A stretch of 32,645 nt of DNA, from the IMG/VR virus record IMGVR_UViG_3300035104_000010, positions 1-32,645 of that record; one strand, 5' to 3'. The translations under genes were made by a program, and so were the position numbers. Of this stretch, positions 7,666 to 16,084 are shown piece after piece (within the stretch, counting starts at the first letter, position 1; every line of letters begins with the position of its first letter). The notes beneath the pieces were generated by a model. That model did no database searches. It worked only from the letters and a program-made list of their open reading frames with translations, and was not told where the DNA came from. The DNA comes from a virus.

Positions 7666-8802
7666 ATGAGTAATTCATTCGTAACCGCAAAGCTCATTGC
7701 AGAAAGAGCATTGCCTATTCTCAAGGATCAAATCAAGTTCTTGCCGCTTGTCAATCGGCAGTTCGACAACACCTTCCGTAAGGCAGGGGATACTATTCAG
7801 GTCATCAAACCTGCTCGCTATTCCACCGCTGACGGTTCGGCTTCCATTGCTTCGGCATACAATGAGGTTGCAGAAACCGCAGTAGAGGTACAGCTCTCCA
7901 ATCAGAGAACCGTACCGTTCAAGCTGTCAAGCAAGGAGCTGACCCTCAATGTTGACGACCTTACCAGACAAGTTATCATGCCATCGGCTATTGCATTAGC
8001 GGAGAAGGTCAACAACTCGCTTGCTGCCCTCTACGTTGACATTCCTTATTATGTAGGAACATCCGGTGTAACTCCCGATGGATTGGACGACCTTGCGAAC
8101 ATCAACAAGATGCTCAACAAGAATCGTGCACCAAGGGACGGGAGAGCATTCCTCATGGACTTTGACGCAGAAGCAAAGTTCCTCCAGCTCGACAGCCTTG
8201 TGGAAGTTGACAAGAGTGGCACAAACACCGCTCTCCGCAACGCCGCAATCGGTCGTGTGTACGGTATGCTCTTGGCAGCTGACGCAGACATCCAGACCCA
8301 CACCGCAGGTGGTTATGCTGCTTTGGCAGATGTGACCATTACCGCTGGCGCAGCTGGTGCAACCTCCATCAAGCTTGAAAGTACCGCCGGTGTTTCCACC
8401 GCAAAGCTGCTGAAGGGTGATTTGCTGAAGATTGACGACTACACCTTTACCGTGACAGCGGACACCGCTGCTGCTGTAGCCGGTGACATCGCCGCTGTCT
8501 CCATCTACCCAGCCCTTCCGGTTGCCTTTGGGGACTTCACCTCCGCAGCTGTAACCTTCCCCGATGTATCTGCTAGCGCACACGTAGCGAACATTGCATT
8601 CCAGAGAGACGCTTTCTGTTTTGCAACCGCTCCGCTTGCTCCGGCTGAAGGGGCTGAGTCCTACACCGTCAACTACGATGGTCTGAGCCTTCGGGTCGTA
8701 AGGGATTACGACATCGACAATGACGCAAACAAGTGGAGAATGGATATTCTCTACGGGGTAAAGACCCTGTATCCAGAACTCGCTGTTCGTGTCCTTGGTT
8801 AG
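7666..8802 (+). CDS. Major capsid protein (P22 coat gp5-like family)
   Basis: The N-terminus NSFVTAKLIAERALPILKDQIKFLPLVNRQFDNTFRKAGDTIQVIKPARY matches the pattern of P22-coat-like MCPs. 378 aa, and a stable hairpin follows the gene. Confidence 0.8.
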   Translation: MSNSFVTAKLIAERALPILKDQIKFLPLVNRQFDNTFRKAGDTIQVIKPARYSTADGSASIASAYNEVAETAVEVQLSNQRTVPFKLSSKELTLNVDDLTRQVIMPSAIALAEKVNNSLAALYVDIPYYVGTSGVTPDGLDDLANINKMLNKNRAPRDGRAFLMDFDAEAKFLQLDSLVEVDKSGTNTALRNAAIGRVYGMLLAADADIQTHTAGGYAALADVTITAGAAGATSIKLESTAGVSTAKLLKGDLLKIDDYTFTVTADTAAAVAGDIAAVSIYPALPVAFGDFTSAAVTFPDVSASAHVANIAFQRDAFCFATAPLAPAEGAESYTVNYDGLSLRVVRDYDIDNDANKWRMDILYGVKTLYPELAVRVLG

Positions 8803-8809
8803 TTTTCAC

Positions 8810-8833
8810 AGCCCTGCCCTTCGGGGTGGGGCT
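8810..8833 (+). other. UUCG-capped hairpin after the MCP gene (RNA stabiliser or partial terminator)
   Basis: A 10-bp stem (8810-8819 with 8824-8833, two G:U pairs) closes a TTCG loop. No U-tract follows. Confidence 0.45.
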
Positions 8834-8846
8834 TCATGGAGCGATT

Positions 8847-8990
8847 ATGATTTGTCCATTTTGCAAGCAAGAGTATTCAGATAGTGTATGCAGGATTCAC
8901 ATTCCACGATGTGCAGAGAACCCAAAAAACAAGAAGGTAGCAGATGCTAAGCCTAAGCGAATTCAAAAGCCTACTGCAAATAAGCGGTGA
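8847..8990 (+). CDS. Small Zn-ribbon-like basic protein (47 aa)
   Basis: GGAG lies 6 nt before the ATG at 8847. The sequence is MICPFCKQEYSDSVCRIHIPRCAENPKNKK... The upstream part of track ORF 8733 overlaps the MCP and is not used. Confidence 0.4.
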   Translation: MICPFCKQEYSDSVCRIHIPRCAENPKNKKVADAKPKRIQKPTANKR

Positions 8991-9531
8991 CACCTACGAT
9001 GATTTGTTTGCCATATACGAGCCTGTCGTGGCTGATGTGGTTAAGCAGATTACAAGGGTGTCTTATGGGCTTACCTTCGATGTAACCTCAACGACTGATT
9101 CATACATTCTGGAATCCACAGAATCATTCTATGACGTATACGAAGGGGCAGAGGTGCAAGGGGACAACATTCCTGATGCTTCCATCTACTCTTTCTGTGA
9201 GCACAGTATCACCATAGACAAGAGGGCAACCGATAGTGGTAGCTTTACGCTCACTGTCTCCCCTGTTCCAAGTGCCCTTAAACTTGCAGTGGCTAAGATG
9301 GTTTTGTACGACATCCAAAGCTCTACGGTAGACAGCGCAAACCAGAGTGGGGTTACTTCAAAGAGCATGGGCGTACTAAGTGTTTCCTATGACGACAGCA
9401 ACAAGATAGATCAAAACTGGGGCTATCCAAAAGCCTTGATTGCTTTGATAAAGCGATTCAAGCGAACACAGATTGATGTAGGGTCAATGCGCAATCCGTA
9501 CACCAATACGACCAACAGGTATATGGTATGA
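8944..9531 (+). CDS. Head-tail connector/adaptor (gp6-like)
   Basis: The N-terminus MLSLSEFKSLLQISGDTYDDLFAIYEPVVADVVKQIT is typical of gp6-like connectors. The position fits. Confidence 0.6.
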   Translation: MLSLSEFKSLLQISGDTYDDLFAIYEPVVADVVKQITRVSYGLTFDVTSTTDSYILESTESFYDVYEGAEVQGDNIPDASIYSFCEHSITIDKRATDSGSFTLTVSPVPSALKLAVAKMVLYDIQSSTVDSANQSGVTSKSMGVLSVSYDDSNKIDQNWGYPKALIALIKRFKRTQIDVGSMRNPYTNTTNRYMV

Positions 9532-9554
9532 AAAAAAGTGCACGAGGTTGAGTA

Positions 9555-9962
9555 ATGTTCAGTAATATCCTATCCCATTTCAAAGACTTTCCAACCACTG
9601 ACATCCTCTTCTACGCTCCGCTCTCCTCCTACAACCCCATGACGGGGGAAATGGAATCATCTTATGAATACGACTACAAGGTAGCCGCTCATGGATACCA
9701 GAAGAACGCTTTGAAGGGACTGCTCAACGAGAAGGTTTGGGACACCGTTGATAAGGTGTTTATCTTTGACCAAGGCTTCGCACCTCCACCGGAGAACATT
9801 ATCTGGCACGATCAACTCTGGTACAAGATAGTCTTCCCCGACAATGTCGGCTTTGCAGGTAGTGTTTGTGTCATTGGCGCAGAGCGTATTGATACACAGG
9901 TGATTACCGATACCCCGCCAGAAGATTACATTGTCCTAGGCGATAGTGGGGGTATACTGTGA
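9555..9962 (+). CDS. Head-tail joining protein (hypothetical)
   Basis: Assigned by position in the neck module only. Confidence 0.45.
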   Translation: MFSNILSHFKDFPTTDILFYAPLSSYNPMTGEMESSYEYDYKVAAHGYQKNALKGLLNEKVWDTVDKVFIFDQGFAPPPENIIWHDQLWYKIVFPDNVGFAGSVCVIGAERIDTQVITDTPPEDYIVLGDSGGIL

Positions 9963-10387
9963 AGACCAAGATAACCAGAACAAAGCTGGTCAATGTAAAG
10001 AAGGCAGTAGAGCGTGCCAATGTAGAGACAGCGTTTGAATACGGCAGGGTCATTGCTTCACAGGCGAAGGTGCTTGCTCCTGTTGACCAAGGACAGCTTA
10101 AGAACTCCATCAGCGTGATAAGTCCTACCAAGAGTGCCCTACTCAACAACCGCTCTAGTGACAAGAAAGCACCACCGCTTGACAAGGCAGGGCTGAAGGA
10201 AAACGAGGTGTATGTAGGGTCGAATGTGGAGCACGCATACTTCCAAGAATACGGAACGGTGAAGCAACCTGCACAACCCTACCTTAGACCTGCTAAAGAG
10301 CTGGTGGATGGTGGTGATGTGGCGGACATTTTGAAGCGATACAGCCGAAAGGCAATGGAGGCAGAACGTGCAAACAGCAAGATTTAA
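9959..10387 (+). CDS. HK97 gp10-family neck/tail protein
   Basis: The GTG start overlaps the upstream TGA. The motif VGSNVEHAYFQEYGT..QPAQPYLRPA is typical of the HK97 gp10 family. Confidence 0.7.
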   Translation: MKTKITRTKLVNVKKAVERANVETAFEYGRVIASQAKVLAPVDQGQLKNSISVISPTKSALLNNRSSDKKAPPLDKAGLKENEVYVGSNVEHAYFQEYGTVKQPAQPYLRPAKELVDGGDVADILKRYSRKAMEAERANSKI

Positions 10388-10748
10388 CATCTATGAGATT
10401 TTGAGCGTTGACACCTCTGTAACCTCTTTGCTTTCTTCATTCACCGTAGGGGCTACCACCTATCCTGCTATATTCAATAACCAGGTTATACCAACGCAAT
10501 TCCAAGACCTTGAAAAGACCATACAGATATTCCCAGTCTCCAGCTTCGGTTCGGGGGATTATAGACCGCAGACCTTCCAAGTGTCTTGTAGGTCAACAAG
10601 TGAAGCGAAGGCTATAGAGATAGCACAGAAAGTATACGATGCACTCAATAGGGTGTTTTATGATGGATATATGCAAGCGGTCATACAACCACCTGCTTAT
10701 GAGGATTACCACTGGCTTTGTCCAGTAGAAGTAAATTACAGGAGATAA
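10368..10748 (+). CDS. Tail completion/terminator-like protein (hypothetical)
   Basis: Assigned by position, between the gp10-like gene and the major tail genes. Confidence 0.45.
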   Translation: MQTARFNIYEILSVDTSVTSLLSSFTVGATTYPAIFNNQVIPTQFQDLEKTIQIFPVSSFGSGDYRPQTFQVSCRSTSEAKAIEIAQKVYDALNRVFYDGYMQAVIQPPAYEDYHWLCPVEVNYRR

Positions 10749-10752
10749 CGCA

Positions 10753-11307
10753 ATGCCTAGACAGACAGACCAAGCGAATTATCAGTTTCCAGACGGTTTC
10801 CAGTTGGAAGTATCAACAGACAATGGGGTCACGTGGACTGACATCGGTATTGTAGCAGCAGGTGCTACAGCAACCCTTAACTGGGACGAGATTAGGCTTG
10901 ATGCAGGCAACTACAAAGACCTTATCAAGAAAGCAAAGAACTTCACTTGTGCCCTTGCGCCATCGGCCTTGTGGAACTGGGACCCTGCAACCATCGTGAA
11001 GGTGTTTGATGGGATTCTCACCAAGACCACCGCAAGCACCCCTTCCGCTGGTGATGATTTGGACTTTGCAGGAGCCGACCATGTAGTTGACCTCTCAGAC
11101 ATCCAAGTCCGCATGACCCATTACAGTGATGCTTCCTTGACCACAGTTGACTGGCAGTTTACCCTGTTCAATGCCAACATGGACGCAGGGGCTTCCTTCA
11201 ACTTCAAGGGTGTCAATGAGGATGGACTGGACGAGATTACCGTATCCTTCACCGGACGACCCGACCCATCAGATGGTTTCAAGCTCATGAAGCTCTTCAA
11301 GGCTTAG
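10753..11307 (+). CDS. Major tail protein, paralog 1 (184 aa)
   Basis: It lies upstream of the G/GT chaperone and the TMP. It is clearly homologous to the next gene at both the N- and C-termini. Confidence 0.7.
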   Translation: MPRQTDQANYQFPDGFQLEVSTDNGVTWTDIGIVAAGATATLNWDEIRLDAGNYKDLIKKAKNFTCALAPSALWNWDPATIVKVFDGILTKTTASTPSAGDDLDFAGADHVVDLSDIQVRMTHYSDASLTTVDWQFTLFNANMDAGASFNFKGVNEDGLDEITVSFTGRPDPSDGFKLMKLFKA

Positions 11308-11315
11308 GAGGTATC

Positions 11316-12131
11316 ATGCCTAGACAAACCGCTAGCAAACAATACATATTTCCCGATGGTTTTCAGTTAGCTGTGAATATCGGGGACGGATTCGAAGATG
11401 TGGGTCTTGTCGCTGGCGGGGCGACAGGCACACTCAACTGGGACGAGATGATTCTGGACGGTGGGAATTACAAGGACGTGATCAAAAAAACCAAGAACTT
11501 CTCCTTCCAACTCTCACCGTCTGCAATCTGGAACTGGGATTTATCCATCTTTGACAAAATCTTGGGTGGTGTAACCGAAATGTCAGCAGGTGATTTGGTC
11601 AACAAACCCAACCATGTAGCTGACCTTAGAAGCGCATCCTACCGCTTGACGCACTTCGATGGACAGGATAGCCATGTGGTGGTTGAGGACGATATTACCG
11701 CTTTGGATACTGACACAATCAATGACTTTGTCACTATCCCCAAGACGGTGTTTACCACTTCACTTCCATGGACAACCGAGATTGACGGATATGTGAATAT
11801 TGCAGGAATGCACGAGGTACATGTCAGTGATGCAAATACGGTAGGGGCACAGGGACACTTTTACACCGATGCAACCAACCTGTATTTGATCGTGGCAAGC
11901 GGAACCTACACTGACCTCGCAGACGCAAAGGTCAATGCTTCGGGCGTATCGGTAACAGCGTTCAATTCCATTGAATGGCAATTCACCCTCTACAATGCGA
12001 CATTGGACAGTGGAGCTGCTTTCAACTTCAAGGGAATCAATGAGGACGGGGTTAATGAGCTTACTGTAGGGTTCACCGCAGAACCAGACCCAGACGAAGG
12101 CTATCGGCTGATGAAGCTGTTCATAGCATAG
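11316..12131 (+). CDS. Major tail protein, paralog 2 (271 aa), with an internal insertion of about 90 aa
   Basis: It shares MPRQT..FPDGFQL...TLNWDE...GNYKD.IKK.KNF... and ...WQFTL.NA..D.GA.FNFKG.NEDG..E.TV.FT..PDP..G..LMKLF with paralog 1. The extra segment is roughly 11664-11966. Confidence 0.7.
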   Translation: MPRQTASKQYIFPDGFQLAVNIGDGFEDVGLVAGGATGTLNWDEMILDGGNYKDVIKKTKNFSFQLSPSAIWNWDLSIFDKILGGVTEMSAGDLVNKPNHVADLRSASYRLTHFDGQDSHVVVEDDITALDTDTINDFVTIPKTVFTTSLPWTTEIDGYVNIAGMHEVHVSDANTVGAQGHFYTDATNLYLIVASGTYTDLADAKVNASGVSVTAFNSIEWQFTLYNATLDSGAAFNFKGINEDGVNELTVGFTAEPDPDEGYRLMKLFIA

Positions 12132-12139
12132 GAGAGACT

Positions 12140-12514
12140 ATGAGAGAGATAGGCATTGACCGACCACGATTTGACATAAAGGTATCAACACAGACCTTTA
12201 CGCTCTACTTCATCCCTAACATTGCTAGGAAAAAATACATAGACTTCTGGGCTAGGGTTGAAGAGATGATGAAGGCCATGAAAATAAAGAATAAGAAGGA
12301 ACGCAAGGAAATGGTCGATGCCATATCTTCTGATGATGAAGATGAATTGCTAAGGGAAATCATCCAGATTATCATGGAAGCTAATGGCTATGTCTACGAT
12401 GCCGAATGGTGGGAAGGACATACCGATGCAGAGATGCAACTGGAATTTGTAAGGGCTGTCATAGAGAATGCAGACGACAGTAAAAAAAAAGTCATGGCAA
12501 TGCTAAAAGCCTAG
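12140..12514 (+). CDS. Tail assembly chaperone (gpG-like, frame-0 product)
   Basis: An acidic 124-aa protein between the major tail genes and the TMP. An A9 slippery run lies near its 3' end. Confidence 0.75.
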   Translation: MREIGIDRPRFDIKVSTQTFTLYFIPNIARKKYIDFWARVEEMMKAMKIKNKKERKEMVDAISSDDEDELLREIIQIIMEANGYVYDAEWWEGHTDAEMQLEFVRAVIENADDSKKKVMAMLKA

Positions 12515-12711
12515 CAGAACTGGATTGGGATAGGCTGTATTTTGCACTCAAGAAAGAAGGTGTGGTCAACAACAAGGATGAATTCTGGAATCAGATGGAC
12601 ATCAAAGACTTGGAGAGCGCAGGAGCTTTCATCCCTAAAGAGATTTGGGACAAGTATATCTTGCGGAAAAAGCAGAAAGTAACGGTATCACCAAGGGATT
12701 ACACTAAATGA
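12140..12711 (+). CDS. Tail assembly chaperone frameshift product (gpGT-like, about 190 aa) made by a -1 shift in the A9 run
   Basis: The -1 frame is open from 12490 to the TGA at 12709-12711 (73 codons, hand translated SHGNAKSLAELDWDRLYFALKKEG...SPRDYTK). It has no start codon of its own and ends in an ATGA overlap with the TMP start. Confidence 0.7.
12482..12490 (+). promoter_or_regulatory. Slippery sequence for programmed -1 ribosomal frameshifting (AAAAAAAAA followed by G)
   Basis: A run of nine A at 12482-12490, read in frame 0 as AAA AAA AAA. A TAA at 12481-12483 closes the -1 frame just upstream. A 6-bp hairpin, AGCCTA (12508-12513) with TAGGCT (12531-12536), lies downstream. Confidence 0.7.
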
Positions 12712-15395
12712 GAATCATAGAGCAATTAGTATATAAAATCACCGGAGACAACACAGGCTTTGACAAGTCAATCGACGAGAGCGAAGGCAAGGTAACAAAG
12801 TTTGGAGGTGTTGCTGACAAGATTTTTGCAGGTGTTACCGTTGCCGCTATCGCAGCTTCAATCAAGAAACTTGGCGATTTGGCTATAGCAACCTCAACAG
12901 CTCTTGATCGTGTCGATAAAATGTCCCAGAAAATCGGTATCAGCAGAACAGCATTCCAGGAGTGGGATTTTATCCTTTCCCAAAGTGGTGCGAGCGTAGA
13001 TGGGTTACAGATGGGGGTGAAAACCCTATCCAATGCCGCAGCTGAAGCCAAGGACGGGGTAGCCGAATACAAGGATGAGTTTGACAAGCTAGGCATATCC
13101 GTCACAGATGTTGACGGGAAGATGAAAGACCAAGAAACCTTATTCAATGAGGTTTTTATTGCACTCTCCGACATGGAGAACCAGACCGAAAGGACAGCAA
13201 TCGCAAACCGACTCCTAGGCAGAAGCGCAACAGAGCTTTCCCCTGCTTTTAATGCAGGTGGGGACGCCATAGAAGAAATGCGTACACAAGCGCATGAGCT
13301 AGGGCTTGTCATGGGAGACGAGCTTGTAGACCAAGGCGTAGTACTGACCGATAATATCGACAAGCTGAAGCGTGCATTTGCAGGATGGAAAAACCAAGCA
13401 ATAGAACCCATCCTAGGGGTAATGGTCACACTTTCTGATAAGATGTTGGGGCAAGATTCATCTGCAATAAAGCTAGAAGAATCTACCCTAAACCTTGCAG
13501 AGTCCATGCAAGCGTACAAAGATGTAACCGAAAAGCTAAACGATCCCATAGGGAATCTTACCGAATCAGAAAAGGCTCTGCTAGAGATACAACAACAGCG
13601 TATCAATCTACAGGTAAATCGAGCGATTGCTGAGGTAGGTAAGAACTACGAAGATACCCAAAGAAGTATATCCAACCTCAAGCGTGAGGAAGAGGGGTAT
13701 CAAAAGACAATAGATGAATCGCTTGCCATTATCAATAGCTACAGCGAAGAACAGCGTGAAGAGATAGATAACTATCAACAACAAACAAGCCAAATAACAC
13801 CGCTCCTCCGTGAGAAGAAAAAGCTGAAAACAGCACAAGAGAACCTAGAAAAAGCACAGCTTAAACTCCTTGAAACCCAAAGCGACCTCATTGAAGAGAA
13901 CGCTTCTTTTGAGTCAAGCATATTAACCATAGCAAATGCAGTCATTAACGGACAAGTTGAAATATCCACCCTTGCTAACATCAATGAGAACTTCGCAGAA
14001 AGCGTAAGGCTACAGGTAGAGGAATTACAGGCAAGAGACAAGGCACTGGCAAACGCAAAGAAGGAGTTTGAAAATCTCAAAGGAGCCACTGATGCAGAAC
14101 TTAAAAATGCAGAGGAGCTTCTAAGGCTGAATGGTGAGAACACCTATTCTACGGAACTTCTCCGGCTTGTTACAGAAGAGCTTACAAAGCGCAGGGAAGC
14201 GCAGACACAGGCAGATGCAGAAGCGGTAAAGAAATCAGAGGAGCTTGAAGCGCAAAGACAGGCAGAAGCGGACGCCGCAGTAGAAGCGTTCAACAAGGAA
14301 TCAGAAGCGAGAAAATCGGCATACGAGAGCATGGAAGAATCTCGCATGACAGACAAGGAAAAGGCTTTCAAAGCTATCCAAGACCAAGCTGATGAATATC
14401 TCAAAGCAGGGGTATCTATCAAGGAAGTTTCCGAATGGCAAGCGGAACAGATAGCGAAATACCGAGAGGAAGAAACTGCTAAGGCCAAAGAGGAAGCCGA
14501 TAAGCAAAAAGCTCTTGAAGAAGAAAAGACCGCTAAGGTAAAAGCTGAAACAGATGCTAGAAACAAAGCTATCCAAGACAGCTACAACGAGCGCACACAA
14601 AGCATGTCTGACGCTTACAAGCTCTTGGACTCTTATAGGCAATCGGACTATGACAAGGAAATGCAATCGATACAAGAACAGGCAGACGCATTTCTTAAAG
14701 CTGGTGTTTCAATTGTAGATGTTGCAAAATGGCAGAAGGAAGAGCTTGCTAAACTCAATGAAGAACAGGCAGACAAGGCAAAGGAAGAAGCGGAAAGGGC
14801 AAGAGACGCTTGGATAGATTACGCATTTGATGTGGGTGGTTCTATCGCTTCAATGTGGTCTTCAATCAATAAGGTCCAGAGCAATGCACATGAATCAGAA
14901 TTGCAACGGATGGAACAGGAAGGAGCCACAGAAGAAGAGTTGCAAGAAGCCAAGAAGCAATTTGCAATAGATGATTTGAAGCGTAAGAAAGCACAAGGCA
15001 CATTCCAAGCGATTATTGATACTGCATCAGCAGTTATTGGGTTCCTTGCTAATCCTGGAGGTTTTGCAGGTGTTGGATTGTCAGCAATGGCAGTAGGGAC
15101 CGGAGCGGCGCAGATTGCCGCAATCCAAAGTGAACCACTCCCATCCTTCAATGTCGGCTCCATCCGCATACCAGACGACACACAGGCGGTAGTGCATAGA
15201 AATGAAATGATACTTCCTGCACCTATCGCAGAGCAGGCAAGGCAAGAGGGCGTAACCATTGCTCCGAGCGGCGGAAACACTAGCACTCCCATACATCTTG
15301 TGGTAGAATTGGATGGAAGGGTGATAGGGGAAACTACGGTAAGGGGAATCAATGCCGGACAGTACGGAAGAATATCAGCGAGGGTGGTGAAATGA
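12708..15395 (+). CDS. Tail tape measure protein
   Basis: 895 aa with an N-terminal TP901-like TMP core, a long coiled-coil with internal repeats and a Gly/Ala-rich hydrophobic segment near the C-terminus. Confidence 0.9.
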   Translation: MRIIEQLVYKITGDNTGFDKSIDESEGKVTKFGGVADKIFAGVTVAAIAASIKKLGDLAIATSTALDRVDKMSQKIGISRTAFQEWDFILSQSGASVDGLQMGVKTLSNAAAEAKDGVAEYKDEFDKLGISVTDVDGKMKDQETLFNEVFIALSDMENQTERTAIANRLLGRSATELSPAFNAGGDAIEEMRTQAHELGLVMGDELVDQGVVLTDNIDKLKRAFAGWKNQAIEPILGVMVTLSDKMLGQDSSAIKLEESTLNLAESMQAYKDVTEKLNDPIGNLTESEKALLEIQQQRINLQVNRAIAEVGKNYEDTQRSISNLKREEEGYQKTIDESLAIINSYSEEQREEIDNYQQQTSQITPLLREKKKLKTAQENLEKAQLKLLETQSDLIEENASFESSILTIANAVINGQVEISTLANINENFAESVRLQVEELQARDKALANAKKEFENLKGATDAELKNAEELLRLNGENTYSTELLRLVTEELTKRREAQTQADAEAVKKSEELEAQRQAEADAAVEAFNKESEARKSAYESMEESRMTDKEKAFKAIQDQADEYLKAGVSIKEVSEWQAEQIAKYREEETAKAKEEADKQKALEEEKTAKVKAETDARNKAIQDSYNERTQSMSDAYKLLDSYRQSDYDKEMQSIQEQADAFLKAGVSIVDVAKWQKEELAKLNEEQADKAKEEAERARDAWIDYAFDVGGSIASMWSSINKVQSNAHESELQRMEQEGATEEELQEAKKQFAIDDLKRKKAQGTFQAIIDTASAVIGFLANPGGFAGVGLSAMAVGTGAAQIAAIQSEPLPSFNVGSIRIPDDTQAVVHRNEMILPAPIAEQARQEGVTIAPSGGNTSTPIHLVVELDGRVIGETTVRGINAGQYGRISARVVK

Positions 15396-16084
15396 TATTA
15401 GCATATGACAACAAACTGAAGGACGCAACGATAACCACAACGAGCGAGAATGCCAACTACCCACTTACCAACATTATTGACCCATGGAAGCGCAAGGTAT
15501 ACCGCACCGCTGACGGGGTGATAAGCGCAACCATTACCGTAGAGTTTGGTAGGGACGTCACGATCAATTCGTTCTTCATAGCCTACCACAACACTACCGC
15601 TATAGAGGCCAGATTCTACGACCTAGCCGATACCCTCTTGGACACATGGACAATCACCAACAATAGGGCACATGGGGAGGTCTTGGCATACAAGGCAGAG
15701 ATTGAGCTATCCGCTCCGGTCACCCTCTACGTGGGGACAATCTTCCTAGGTTCTTCGCTTCAGTACGACAAGGAAGCCGACCAAGACATGCCGATGAACA
15801 GCACCGATGTTGCAACCTTCTCCAGCGATTACCAAGTGGCAGGGAGACGGGGAAGCGTTCTAAGAAGTGGCACGGTATCCATCCCCATTCTGTCATACTC
15901 AGAGCGTGAAGCATTAGAACAAGCCTTCATTGCTTGTGGTTTGATTGTGCCTTTCTTCATGGACTTGTGGGAATCCTCCCCAACCATGTTCTCACCCCTC
16001 TATGGGGTATTCACTTCATCCCTCTCAGTAACCCACCGCTATGATGGGGATGATGTATCGTTTAGCTTTACGGAGGTCAATTAA
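15392..16084 (+). CDS. Distal tail/baseplate protein (putative)
   Basis: It follows the TMP directly with an ATGA overlap. 230 aa. Assigned by position only. Confidence 0.5.
   Translation: MILAYDNKLKDATITTTSENANYPLTNIIDPWKRKVYRTADGVISATITVEFGRDVTINSFFIAYHNTTAIEARFYDLADTLLDTWTITNNRAHGEVLAYKAEIELSAPVTLYVGTIFLGSSLQYDKEADQDMPMNSTDVATFSSDYQVAGRRGSVLRSGTVSIPILSYSEREALEQAFIACGLIVPFFMDLWESSPTMFSPLYGVFTSSLSVTHRYDGDDVSFSFTEVN

Noticed and set aside
8733-8846. 5' extension of track ORF 8733-8990, overlapping the end of the major capsid gene.
   Set aside because: The extension is an alternative frame of the MCP and passes through the post-MCP hairpin. The internal ATG at 8847 has its own GGAG and gives a coherent Zn-ribbon peptide.
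12704-13606. 300-aa ORF on the minus strand, antisense to the tape measure gene. Similar long antisense ORFs occur at 6379-6957, 7996-8583, 17922-18539, 20733-21353 and 28898-29623.
   Set aside because: Each lies wholly inside a well-supported + strand gene. They have Ser/Cys-rich low-complexity translations and no RBS, and would be the only minus-strand genes in a strictly unidirectional genome. They are shadow ORFs.
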